64,000 nt of DNA from Harriotta raleighana (taxonomy: Eukaryota): contig JBNZDD010013590.1 of NCBI GenBank assembly GCA_050575255.1, forward strand, positions 1,737,534 to 1,801,533, read 5' to 3'. The position numbers and the translations under genes are program-made. Below are positions 35,776 through 47,681 of the stretch, one piece after another. Position 1 is the first letter of the stretch. Each line of letters opens with the position of its first letter. The notes under the pieces were generated by a model, which saw nothing but the letters and a program-made list of their open reading frames with translations, made no database searches and was not told where the DNA came from.

Positions 35776-36485
35776 GGTTTATTGTGAAGTGGAGTGACTG
35801 TATAATTTGTAGCTGATTGTAGGCCAGTTTGCTCAGCAATGATGCACAACAACTGTAAAGTGATTTAAAATAATTTAATCTAGAGGACTGAATACTACAT
35901 CTTTGAAGTGTCAGCAGGAATACGGTATCTCCAACAATGCAGCGAATCCCAGCACTGAGCATGTTGGCTTGTCAGATGTCAAATGACCAATTAGTGATTA
36001 TCTTCCTAGGGGGAGGTAAGCAAGGTTTAACTAGAGTTAAATTATTTCCAAGATGACATGCTTGCTAACAAAATGCTAGAATTAAGTCAACCCGCTGTGG
36101 CAGTTTTGAAAGGCTGGCTCCTGAGACATAGTATTCCAGAGCACTGCTAATAGCAGCACAACCAGCCTGGTTCATTGGAAGGACCTGGAAAGGCAGACCA
36201 GTCACTGGGGGCAGGGACTCTTCACACCAAGTTCCTGTTAAACCTGCAAGTAAATATCCTAACGGGTAAAGTGGTCCAAACTGGACAAACAGCAGGAAAA
36301 CTTGCCAGACAATGTTTTGCAGTTTTGGTTGCTTAAAATCCAGCAGTACCTCAATGTACATTCTACGGTCCACAAGTCCAGACTGTTGCCAACCTTCGTC
36401 TAATACACTCTGAAGTTAGTTAAACATGATGTGTCCCTCTAGGGAGAGAGGGCACATTCTATTCTAAACACAATTTCCATGTGTA

Positions 36486-36663
36486 AACAAAATTCAGCAG
36501 GTCAGACAGCATCCATGGAGAAAGGAAAGTGAGTCAATGTTTCGGGTCTTCGTCAGAACTGCAACACTCCCCAGTTCTGACAAAGAGTTGTGGACCCGAA
36601 ACATTGACTCACTTTCCTTTCTCCATGGATGCTGCCTGACTTGCTGATTTTCCCCAGCAACTT
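36486..36663. mobile_element. Penelope-derived fold-back mini-element
   Basis: Inverted arms ~36490-36561 and ~36572-36651, each with a degenerate hammerhead motif; perfect 15-bp TSD caatttccatgtgta at 36471-36485 and 36664-36678. Confidence 0.9.
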
Positions 36664-37506
36664 CAATTTCCATGTGTATATGGCTTGCATGGAACTTTCA
36701 CGTTGGTTTGGATGCTCTTAAGCATGGTATTTGGTTTCTGCATGTGTAGGACACTGAAAAAGAGCAGCATTGCATTGAAACATCAGCCTGAAATATACGT
36801 GTTTAAAGTCCCAACATGTCTGAGAGGCGAGATTGTTACCAACTGTGTCAGACTGACACCTAATTAATTAAGCAAAGATGCTTTGCTCTAACTAACCTTT
36901 ATTTGTTACTTCTAAATCAATTAAAGCTGAATGTTGGTATCTATATATGAACATTGTTGTAAACCAAACACAGCAAAGACATGTGCTATATGAAAGGACA
37001 ACTAACACAGCAACTATCAACTTTTAATTGATCTGTAAGGAACAGATAAAGATTAGTTAGAGTAAAGCTTCTTTGCTTAATTAATCTCCAGTAAATACCT
37101 TTTGACTTCTGAAATGCTAATTTATAAAAGTCCCTGCCCTGTGTAAAGATTATCAGTGATGCACAACATGGAGCAAAATGATGCATTAAGTGTTTTGGAG
37201 ACTGAGACTAATTCATTGGGATCTAATCTGCTTTTGATCGAGTCAACTTATTTATCAAGAGGAGAATATTTTGCTATTTAATGTTTTTTCTTCTCTTGAC
37301 AATTGTTCTTCGCTTTATACATACATTTTCCCTCTATTCTCTATACAATATATTTGTTTCCACCTTTCCCCTTTTCTTTAAGCTGCTTAATTTATATTTC
37401 CTCCTCTAATGGAATAAAGGCACCAGAATATTGGCAGAACTCACTGGAAGTCCCTGGATGGACTTGTAGCTTTATAATAATAATTATTGTCTAATCTGAA
37501 GAGTAG

Positions 37507-37879
37507 CCTTTTCCTCCATCTCCCCCTTTACCCTCTTTTCCCCCTTCCTCCCCCGGCCCCACTTCTGTGACTGTTTGTGGGACACTGCTGTGCGCAATTT
37601 GGTTGCCGCAGTTCACCCACAAATATACAGTTATTTTTTCCTGCTCTCCTTCCCCCTACCCCAACCCTTTCCCTTGCCACCTTTTCCCCCTTTCTCCCCT
37701 AACCCCACTTCCATGACTGTTTGTGGGACACTGCTGTGCGGAATTTGGCTGCTGCGTTTTGCTCACAAATATACAGTCAATTTTTTCCTACTTTCCTTCC
37801 TCCTCCTTGACTGTACAGCGCCTTGGGACATCCTCCCGACATGAAAGGTGTTATATAAATGTAATTTTGATTGATTGAT
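37507..37879 (+). mobile_element. Chimeric element: two tandem Deu cores with pyrimidine spacers and an L2 (GATT)n tail
   Basis: A ~146-bp unit (ccccactt..gactgtttgtgggacactgctgtgcg..caaatatacagt) occurs twice, followed by the L2 stem-loop tail. Confidence 0.75.
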
Positions 37880-38158
37880 AGTTCAACAACATTCTGAGCT
37901 AATGTTTTGCTAATGTAGGCATTGAATTTGCAACCTTGTGGACCAGAGGTGAGAGTGCTAAGTTAAATTGACATGACCAGTGTTTTCAGTTGGTTCCTAT
38001 TTCAGGCTGGTTGGAGACTATGGAGCAGGCTTTTCGTGTGGCACTCAATTGATGTGGCCTCATGCTTTTCACTTCAATGATATCATGCCTGGTACCAATG
38101 GGCTGTGAGCAGAATTCCCTCACCACAGGTCACCTGAATCAGAAAATACATCTTTCAG

Positions 38159-38372
38159 AGAAAAGATACAGGTTCAGTGGGTTGGATAGTGAAACTGCAG
38201 TATATACATCATCCAGATGCAACATTAACTACTGTGAGCTTGGAGAAGAAGGCTAAGGAAGCTATTAACAAGACTGCTAAAGATGGACAGCTCCGTGCTA
38301 TGGGAATAACTGTAGTCAATTTATCACTACAGAATTTAAATTATTCTACTCAGCCCAATACTTCTCAGTCTG
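38159..38372 (+). CDS. Candidate coding exon of an extracellular glycoprotein (possibly SEA-domain C-terminal half)
   Basis: Acceptor catctttcag, 71 open codons (RKDTGSVGWIVKLQY...NYSTQPNTSQS), donor G|gtaact; four N-x-S/T sequons; non-repeat sequence. Confidence 0.5.
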
Positions 38373-40259
38373 GTAACTATCAGAATGTGATTTTGATGCC
38401 TCCTTTGCTGACAATACACATAACCTAGTAATGGGTCCTGACAGATCAACCTTGACAGGTCTGTTGAACTGAAGGAAGGCTTCTGTACTGGTGAAGGAGG
38501 TCACCTGGATAGGGTTTGGCTTCCTTACACTGCAATAGAGTTGGTTATTTCCTAGACATCTCGAATGCAATGCTGTAAATAAGTAAATTAAAGGATTAAT
38601 CACCAAGCCTTTGTCACAATACAGAATTGCTGCACCTGTATAACTCCAGAAATTGCAACTGCTGGAGGTTAGCACTTTGTGCTATTGATCCCAATTGATC
38701 CCATTATACCAAAGTTCCACTTTATCTGTTCAGGGGGATGGGTGTTAAAGATCCCTTTTCATATGGGAAGATCACTATATAAATGCAATTTGTTGTGGTT
38801 GAAGCTAGAATACTATAATGGGTAGGTGTGAGCTTCCAGAATCCCTCTATTCCTTTTGCTCGTCTTTCTCGGGAGATTAGAAGCTTCAGTTGTAATTTAG
38901 AGACTTGACCCTACACTAAATTTAGGAGCATTTATGAGCGATTTTTGTAATTTGAAAACAGCAGAACAATACCAATACAAGGATTTTCTTTCTCTTTTCC
39001 CTATCTATATCCTTGGTAATTGAAGTTCCACCACAATTGAGATTTATATTTGAGTGTCTGGTCCTTTTCTAATAATTATTCTAGATGTTAAAAGGGGATT
39101 TTCTTATTGTGTGACATGAGTGGAAGGCAATCTATCAGTAAATAATGGACACAACCATTCATTGTACATCCAACCTTGTTTCTGCCTACTCCTCCCATGA
39201 GCTGAGCATGGGTATGGCTGAAAATTTAACTGTGATGAATGTTCCTCATGTGGAAGTCTGCATTTCAGTGCAGCTTTAAAAAGATCCTGACTTTGTTCAG
39301 TACAGTACTATGATCTTGACCTCAAGTGCTATTTCCAGAATCTAAATTGTAGATTCTCAGTTGTAGATTTTTATGAAGCATTTCTTTATAAAGTGTGCAA
39401 TGTAAAAGATAAAAGTCAGGAGTTCAAGAATTAGTACAACATCTATACTTTAGGACAGCCTCAACATATGTGTTCAATATGGTTTAATGTACAGTATTAT
39501 TAGAGGTTGCAAATTTCCACTCTTTCTCTCCATGCAGCACTGTGGTTGAGACTGCATTTAAATGAATTGGATGAGGTATTTAAATCTATATGCAAAGCAG
39601 TTTTATCATCTACAATGATTTGAGAACAAAACACAGAAACACAACTGGAAGGAGTTTCACAATGTAATTCATATTGCAATAAGTGCATGTAAGGAAACCT
39701 AGAGTGGCACATTCATTTAAATTACCAGAGTCAAATTGTGCATGCACCCTCAGGCTATCAAAACTTATTTATGCTTGACGAGTTTACAAAAAAATGTAGT
39801 GAGGTGAGGAACAATTTACATTATAAACATAATAAACACATCAAGCTAGAGAGAGCAAAGAATGTATAAGATGCAAAATCAAGAGGCAGTTTTGCAGAAT
39901 AATAGAAAATAACCTTGGCAAAAACAAAGACATCAGAGTGAGATGGAGAGATTATGCTATGTATTAGGGTTGCAAGGCATGAAAAAGACTAGCAATTTAT
40001 GGCATGCGATCTGATGGATTAAGAGCGAGATTTCAACCAATGGATGACCTCTTTGACATTGTGTTAAGTACTTTCTTGTTCACAATGGGAACACTGAAAC
40101 CACTTTCTCATTCTTAGCCCCTGACAACAATAATTACTTTACTGTATTTCTTATTTCACATGATATTTTCAATCTAACGACTAAAAATATCACAGATCTT
40201 AATTATTCTTGAAGGTAGAAGCACCATATAGATATTGTATATCACCTCCATTCCATCTC

Positions 40260-41100
40260 AGAAAATGGTATCTCCTCCCACCCCCGCCCGGCCACTGGCA
40301 GGGGTACCCCAGGGTTCCATCCGTAATCGTTTTCTATTTCTTATGCATATGCTCCCACTAGGCGATGTCATCCATAGGCACGGAGTAAACTTCCACATGT
40401 ATGCGGATGACAATCAAATCTACTTTGCCTCCTCCAGTACCAACTCCTGGTCCGCAGATTTCTGTCAGCTTGTTTGGCAAATATCAAGGCCTGGATGACC
40501 ACTGCCTCATTGCCCACCACCTGCTACATTTCCTGCCTCCGACTATAACTTATCCCAAATGCAGCCCAAACCCTTGTGCACCTGTTTGTCACCTCCCACT
40601 TGTATTATTCCTCATACAATGCATTCCTCATCAGTCTCCCAAGCTCCACAATCCAAAAGATCCAGCTGATTCAGAACTCTGTTAACTGCATACTGACCCA
40701 GACCAAATTCCATACCCACATTTTACCAGTTCTAGCCAGGCTCCACTGACTCCCCATGGATTCAAATCCATTCAGTCCCTGGCACCTTCCAATTTATCCA
40801 ACCTCCTCACTCCCCAATCTGGCAGACAGCATTTTCACTCGACTGGCATCGGCCTCCTGCTTGTCCCTCGCACACTCCACCCCACCATCAGAGGTCCCAG
40901 CTACTATGCCTGAAAACTTTGGAACACTCTCACTCAATCCCGCCACCTTATCCCCTTTCCCTTCTTTCAAGTCTCACTTGAAAATTTTCTTCATCGACCA
41001 TGCTGATGGCCATCTCTCCCCGACTAGGAGTCAAGCTCCGACACTGCTAAGCACTCTGAGACTATACGCTACGTGTAGGGTATAGGATGCTATTTTTGTG
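40260..41100 (+). mobile_element. L2 LINE fragment with internal deletions
   Basis: RT motifs GVPQGSI...MLPLGDVIHRHGVNFHMYADDNQIY and the terminal SFKSHLK. Confidence 0.88.
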
Positions 41101-42311
41101 CACGTTTTTGTTATTGTATAACAAAACATTACATCATCATTCAAAATGTTTTATTATCCATAAATTCTTAATTGCAATATTTCATTCAATCATTAATTCA
41201 CAATCTCAATATTTTTAATAATTATTTTATTCCATTTTAAAAATTTTTGCAAAGGAAGGTTGTTGTAGTACTTTTTACTACAATGTGATAGATTTTGTTT
41301 CTGTTTATTGTGTTAGAGAAAGCACACCAGCAAGTTGTTAAATTAGAAATGGATAAGGAAATGTCAGGGAAACAAATTTTCTCTTCTCAATTATATTGCC
41401 ATATCTGACAAATGAGATGCCAACATTTTCTAAATCTTTGCTGTATAAGCGCAAGTTGTTGTTGTAATGCAAAAGAGAAAGAAAGAGAATGTTTTACTGA
41501 GATATGGAGAGAAAAAAAGTCTCATCATGATTTTAACTTGCCTGTCAGAGTATTGACACTAAGAGAGTCAAATCCTTCACTGACCTTGCCTTGAAACAAG
41601 ATGTTTCATCACTTCAAGGTGGTGACAGCAACATCTTATTTCAAAAGTGGATCCATAAGCCTTGTACCAAATGATCTTTTCCTGACAAAATGTGATTCAT
41701 TTTGTATCACAATTCAATGGAAATCCAAATCTTAAAAGTTCCAATCTGCTCACTTTAGGGGCTGAAAATTCAACTGAGGATAATTTCATCTCCATTGATT
41801 TGACATAGGGACAGTGCTCCTGGGCATAAAATGAACTTTCTCAGCAATAATCCTGCTTCGTCTTTCATGTCATAGCTTGAATATTGCAGTAAAGATTTAC
41901 TATCTCTAGATTAAAAGCATAAGAACATTGCTGAGGCTAAATTAAATCAACTTTCTCTAGCAGCTGCTCAATCACATATTTACTTGGAATTTTAAATTGC
42001 ATAGACCAATCCCTCGTGGTGGTAAGTGAATGCGATGGATGTTTATTTTTTTATCTGCATGCACAACATGCCTTGGTGTTGCATCATAAGGTATAATGTG
42101 TTAAAGCAGAGAGAATGTCAAATGCAGGTTTGAAATGAGTGTACATCACCCTGTATTGAAGTATTATTCATAATATACAGGCATGGTACTGGTAATGGGT
42201 ATGAAACATTTGGTTTGACAATTCCCATCGAGCAGGATGTCTTCCACATAAACAATGAATTGTTTTTGCAATCTTGTAGGAATGAGGAGTGTGAGTGACT
42301 GTACGTTATAT

Positions 42312-43135
42312 GATAATAATCCTTGCACTTTCATGTCTTCCAGAAGTGTCAAAGCGCTACACTGTAAAGTAAATTGACTATATATTGGTGGGCGAAACAG
42401 CAATTGCACACAGCACTGTCTCACAAACAGTCGTGGATTCAAGTGACCGAGTGATTATTGTTTTAGTTCTACAAGGGATCATTATCAGATGTGTGGAGTA
42501 AGGAAACCTTTCGACAGATGTTCAACTACAGAAACTCTCTCCTCGTTGGCCTTCCCAGCTCCTCCCTTCACAAACTGCAGATGATTCAGAACTCTGCAGC
42601 TTGTGTACTCTCCCGCACTAGGCTCCGCGACCACATCACTGCCTCTCCATTTCCCAGAGGGTCGAATTCAAGATCCTCATCCTCACTTTCAAGGCCATTC
42701 ACGGCCTTACAAACACCTATTTCTTCAAGTGCTGTCTCCCTATCAACTTGCCCGTCATCTCCGTTCAGCGGGCTCTGGCCTGCTGAATAATCGGAATAAT
42801 CGGTCCCCGCCTGAACTGCCCTCCCATCAATGGCCAGGTTTTCAGCCTCTCTGTCCCCATACTCACCCCACCCCTGCAATCCCTTCACCTCGACTCCTCC
42901 CTTTCCTCCTTCAAAGTCAGTCTCAAGACCTTCCTCTTCGACCGTGCCTTCTGCTCCCGTCCTAACTCTCCCCCCTCTCCTACTCTCCTTCCCTCTTTAC
43001 CGACCCCCTCTTCCTGCTCTGGTCCCGACCTAACTATTCAGTGCCTTGGGATGTCCTCCCGACGTGAAAGGCGTTCTATAAGTGTAATTTTGTTGTCGTT
43101 GTTTCCACGGTTTCACCTTGCCCTGAATCAAATAG
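42312..43135 (-). mobile_element. Deu SINE split by an L2 3' fragment (~42515-43102, +)
   Basis: SINE body to ~42510 and head remnant ggtttcacc at ~43110; the insert encodes NSLLVGLPSSSLHKLQMIQNSAA plus an L2 tail. Confidence 0.8.
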
Positions 43136-43169
43136 GTGTAGGCTAATCATCCTCCCAAGCCCATTCTAT

Positions 43170-44440
43170 AAAAACATTGGGTCATGGCTGATCTGTACTT
43201 CAAATCCAATTAGCCCCCTTGACCCCATATTCCTTCTTATTCCTCGATAAGGGATCCCCCACACTTTAGAATTTCATCCCGCAGTCCCTCTGCCTTGCTT
43301 CCTCCCTTTCCTCCTTCAAGGTCAATCTCAAGACCTTCCTCTTCGACCGTGCCTTCGGCTCCCCACCTAACTCTTCCCTCTCTCTCACTCTCCTACCCTC
43401 TCCCCCTCCCCCCGACCCCACCCCCACCTGGTCAGGTCCTGACCTGACTGTTCAGCGCTTTGGGATGTCCTCCCGACATGAAAGGCGCTATGCAAGTGTA
43501 ATTTTGTTGTTGCTGATAATAAAAATCTATAAATCTCAGTCTTGAAAGTTTGAATGGATCCAGCTTTTATAGCCTTTTGGGGGTGAAAGTTCCAGATATC
43601 ACTACCCTTTGTGTGATTTCACTCCTAAATGGCCTTGCTCTCATTTTAAAATGTTAGGCCCCCTTGTTCTGGATTCCACTATCAGAAATAAATAGTTACT
43701 CTGTATCTATCACATCCAATCCATTTACTATTTTACAAACCTAAATCAGATTGCTCCTCAACCTTTTAAACACAAGAGAATGCAAACTGTCTTTATGATT
43801 TAACCCTTTAATCCCTGGTAGCATTCTGATTAATCTGCGCTGCATTCCTTCCGGGGCTAATATATCATTCCTGAGGTGTGGTGCCCAAAATTGAACTCAG
43901 TAGTCCAGATGGGATGTGACCAATACTATACAGTTGAAGCATAAATTCCTCTCCTTTATATTCCAGCCCCCTTGAGATGAAGGCCAACATTCCATTAGCC
44001 TTTTTGATAACGTTTTGTACATGTGAATTTGTTTTTAATGGTTTGTTTACGTGGACTCCCTTATCCCTTTGTTCCTCCGCAGTTCTTAGTTTCTCAGTAT
44101 TTAGAAAAGATTCTGTTTTGTCCTTTTTGAAGCCATAGTGGATGACCTCATACTTACTCACATTGAACTCTATCTGCCACAGTTTTGCCCACTCACTCAA
44201 TCTGTCTAAATCTCTTGGTATCTTCTTTCTTTGTAATTTACTGGGCATCCTAACTTGTGTCATCTACAAATTCGGATACAAAACTCTCTATTCCATCAGC
44301 CATGTCATTTATATACATGGTGAAAAGCTGAGGCCTCAGTACAGACCCCCTGGGAAACACTACTTGTCATGTCTTACTTATCAGAGAACATTCCCTTTAT
44401 CCCTACTCTCTGTTTCCTGCCTCCCAGCTAATTACCATGC
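43170..44440 (-). mobile_element. CR1 LINE fragment with a nested L2 tail (~43250-43515, +)
   Basis: DLDRLSEWAKLWQIEFNVSK and KKANGMLAFISRGLEYK. Confidence 0.9.
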
Positions 44441-44470
44441 CACTTGCATCTACATATGAACTGGATAGAG

Positions 44471-44818
44471 CAGAGGTGTTTTTCAGACTTCACACTACTC
44501 AGTGCAATTTTCTTAGGGGGTCCGCCATTGTCGGTAAGTTTAATAAGTGTGAATGCGCAATTTTATTTTATGCAAAAATTAACTTTTGGTGGGTGCGATG
44601 CCTCTTTAGGCAGACCACCTGCTCCGCCAGGCTGGGGAGAGCTCTAGTTTTCATTATATTTAACAAAAGACAAGAGCACAACATACTCAAATCCTCCCAT
44701 TTCGATGATTTTTTGCATTACTTTCATTCAAAATATACTTTGGGGGCCTGCAATATGAGGGGGCAGAGGGGCCCGTTGGTGCGTTGTACTGATTCCACCA
44801 ACGTTAAAAATGCCTTTG
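44471..44818. mobile_element. hAT-like MITE
   Basis: Ends cagaggtgttttt / aaaaatgcctttg form a degenerate TIR; flanks ggatagag / gataggag resemble a decayed 8-bp TSD; GC-rich interior. Confidence 0.6.
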
Positions 44819-45454
44819 GATAGGAGGAGGCCTGTATGACACTGTTGGAACAAAAGAGAAAAGCAGAATTGTTTTGCTGAAATCATTAAATAAAGTAGCT
44901 AAGCAAAATAACTTATAATTAACTTGTAACTACAGTTGCTACCACTGAAAATATGAGGGTTTAAATGAGATGTTGAACAGTTTAGTTGTCAGGATGGTTA
45001 AGTGGTAGCCCTCTCACCTCTGAATCAAAGGTTGAAGGAACATTTTGGAACATTGAACTCACAGTCTAGGTTGACACTCCAATATAGTGCTTGATAAGGG
45101 CTGCTTTGCAGGAGGTGCTGTTTGGATGAGACACAAAACTGAGGTCCTGTCTGCCAGTTAAAGTAGATATCAAATATCCATGGAACATTGCCTTTCAAAT
45201 ATGCACTCTGTACACTTTATAATGAAATGATTTGAAAAGTTACAGTCTTTAACATTCATTCTGCAAGTGTCACTACAGCTCTAATAAGCTTTCACCAGTA
45301 AGAAAAGTGAAAGAACACAAATACTGTAGCATGTTACATTGAGAGACTTTCACAGTGGGAATATAATCCATGTGGAAGTGAGTTTGATAAAATGCAATTT
45401 AAAGCTGAAAACAAATTATTCCTGACTGCTTTCTAGCCAATAACATAGCAGCAG

Positions 45455-45687
45455 ATGGATACTGTTTGTCAGTGGTTAGAGCACTTCCATAGAGAGACCT
45501 GGGTTCGATTCCTGGCAAGGCAAAATTTTGGGCAAGATTCCTTACTCTACACACCAGATAATAACCCCTCAAGAAAGAAAAGCAATAATAATTTGATCAC
45601 TCAATCCACAACTGTTCGTGTGCCCCTGCTATGTGCAATTGGCTGCCTCATTTTGCCCACAAATATACAGTCAATATACTTTACAGG
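45455..45687 (+). mobile_element. Deu SINE, 3'-truncated by an L2
   Basis: Head and Deu core present; the sequence switches to L2 at ~45688. Confidence 0.8.
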
Positions 45688-46490
45688 ATGAGCTGAAATT
45701 GTAAATGGTGGAGGAGGGAAACTGGCAATGAGTGCAGTGGAGCAGTCCAGCTGAGGGCTAAGGATGGACCAGGGTTGCGGCAGATATTGGGGTGTTGTGT
45801 TGGCAGATTCGGACAATGTGGTAGAGACAGAAGAAAGTGGTGCTGGTCAGGAAACGGATGTGGGTGAGAAAGAATAACTGGGAATTGAACCTGATGCCTA
45901 AGTTGCGCGTGGGTTCAGAGACTTTTAAGGACAGCTTGGGTAAATTGAGCAGGTTGGAACCCTGAGACAGTAGATGTTGATGGGAGCCAAAGAGTATGAC
46001 TTCCATCTTGTTGGCGTTTAACTGTATGAGATTTTCATTCATCCAGCTCTTGATGTCCAACAGACAAGCTTATAGTACATCAGAAGACTGGGGATCACAA
46101 CTGGAGATGGGAAAATAGAGTTGGGGGCAGCTGCATGCATGTGGAAGCTAACTTCATGTCTGCAGATGATATCATCGAAAGGAAGCATGTTGATGAGGAA
46201 GAAAAGGGGGCCAAAAGGGGGATCCTTGGAATACCTTATAGATGACTGGGTGGAAGTTAGAATAAAAACCTTTAGCAGAAATGTAGTGCTGGTAGTTTGC
46301 AATGTACGACTCAAACCAAGCCAGGGTGGTCTCTCTGAGGTGGATGATGGAGGACAGATGGTAGAGGAGAATGGCATTGTCGACTGTGTTGAACCCAGTG
46401 GAGACAGAGGGAGTGCTGGTCACTGATAGAGAGGACATCATTTGTCTGGACTGGTGTCAGACTGGAGGGGTTCGAGTGCTGTGTGTAGGG
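45688..46490 (-). mobile_element. L2 LINE RT fragment
   Basis: FNTVDNAILL, TTLAWFESY, GPLFFLINMLP, DIKSWMNENLIQLNANKME. Confidence 0.88.
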
Positions 46491-46939
46491 AGAAGTGTGC
46501 AGTTTGTTATTCAGTACTGCTTCACCTTGAGTGATATTCCTTTCTGTAGAGGGGCCATATTTGTAAACTTGCTCAAATGATTCAATTTTCTTTGTTGGAA
46601 TCACTGTTCACGCTAATCCTAAAACTTGCCCATGAAAGGAATCATAATCTTTGGGGAAAGATGACGCCAGGAATTTAACACTTCATCCTCAAGTAATTTT
46701 CTAGCATGGCAACAGGAGAAAACAGCTGATCACAATGTCACAATGAAAACAGCTTGTCAACCAGCGCTTTGTTTCCGTGCATTTTTTGATAGTCTCTTTC
46801 CCCTCCCCCACCCCACCCATCAGGTACAAGTATAAACAGGATACTTGAATGTATGACTCCTGTCTAATGCAATGAAAACACAATCAACTAGGATCTCTAT
46901 CTGTGGGGAATCTCAACTGCCACTAAAATTCATTCACAC

Positions 46940-47360
46940 GCTGTGAGGAGATGCTGGATTTCCTTGAAGCCAAAATCAAGGGAATCCGCTCCGCGATTTC
47001 CACCACCTCCGGAACTGCTTTCCACCACCTCCGGAACATCGCCAGGCTACGACACTGCCTCACCCCTCACGCTGCTGAAATACTAGTCCATGCCTTCATC
47101 ACCTCAAGGCTGGACTATGGGAAATCTCTCCTCGTGGGCTTTCCCGGCTCCTCCATCCACAAGCTGCAGGTCATCCAGAACTCTGCAGCTCGTGTACTCT
47201 CCNNNNNNNNNNNNNNNNNNNNNNNNNNNNNNNNNNNNNNNNNNNNNNNNNNNNNNNNNNNNNNNNNNNNNNNGGTCTTAAACCAACTGTCCAGCGCCTT
47301 GGGACGTCCTCCTGACGTGAAATGCGCTCTATAAATGTAATTTTGTTGTTGTTGTTGTTG
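46940..47360 (+). mobile_element. Young, internally deleted L2 derivative
   Basis: Pre-RT peptide CEEMLDFLEAKIKGIR fused in frame to post-RT AFHHLRNIARLR; flanks aattcattcacac / aatgaattcacac (11/13 TSD). Confidence 0.8.
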
Positions 47361-47681
47361 AATGAATTCACACTTCTGAACTGTGTCAGCTAAGATTGAC
47401 AAAGGACAAGTGCCTTATTCCTGATGACCAAGACTTGGTATCCAATTAATTGACACTCTATGAGGTTATCCATTCAATGGTTATCCATGGGTCCTAAACT
47501 GTCCACATCACTTATTTCTCTATCATTCTCTATGTCGTCCGTAGTCCAGTAACCAAACCTGTGGTGGACTCGATTTATTTAATTTCACACTGTTCAGTTC
47601 TTCCAGGAGTCAAGGCCTCTTTCTGTTGAAGCTTATCCTTGGTGGTTTGAGGAATGATTCATGATGTTTGAATTCTATTTA

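Noticed and set aside
36065-36373. Minus-strand ORF containing GLTGTWCEE (EGF-like end)
   Set aside because: No further EGF cysteine spacing and no convincing donor site.
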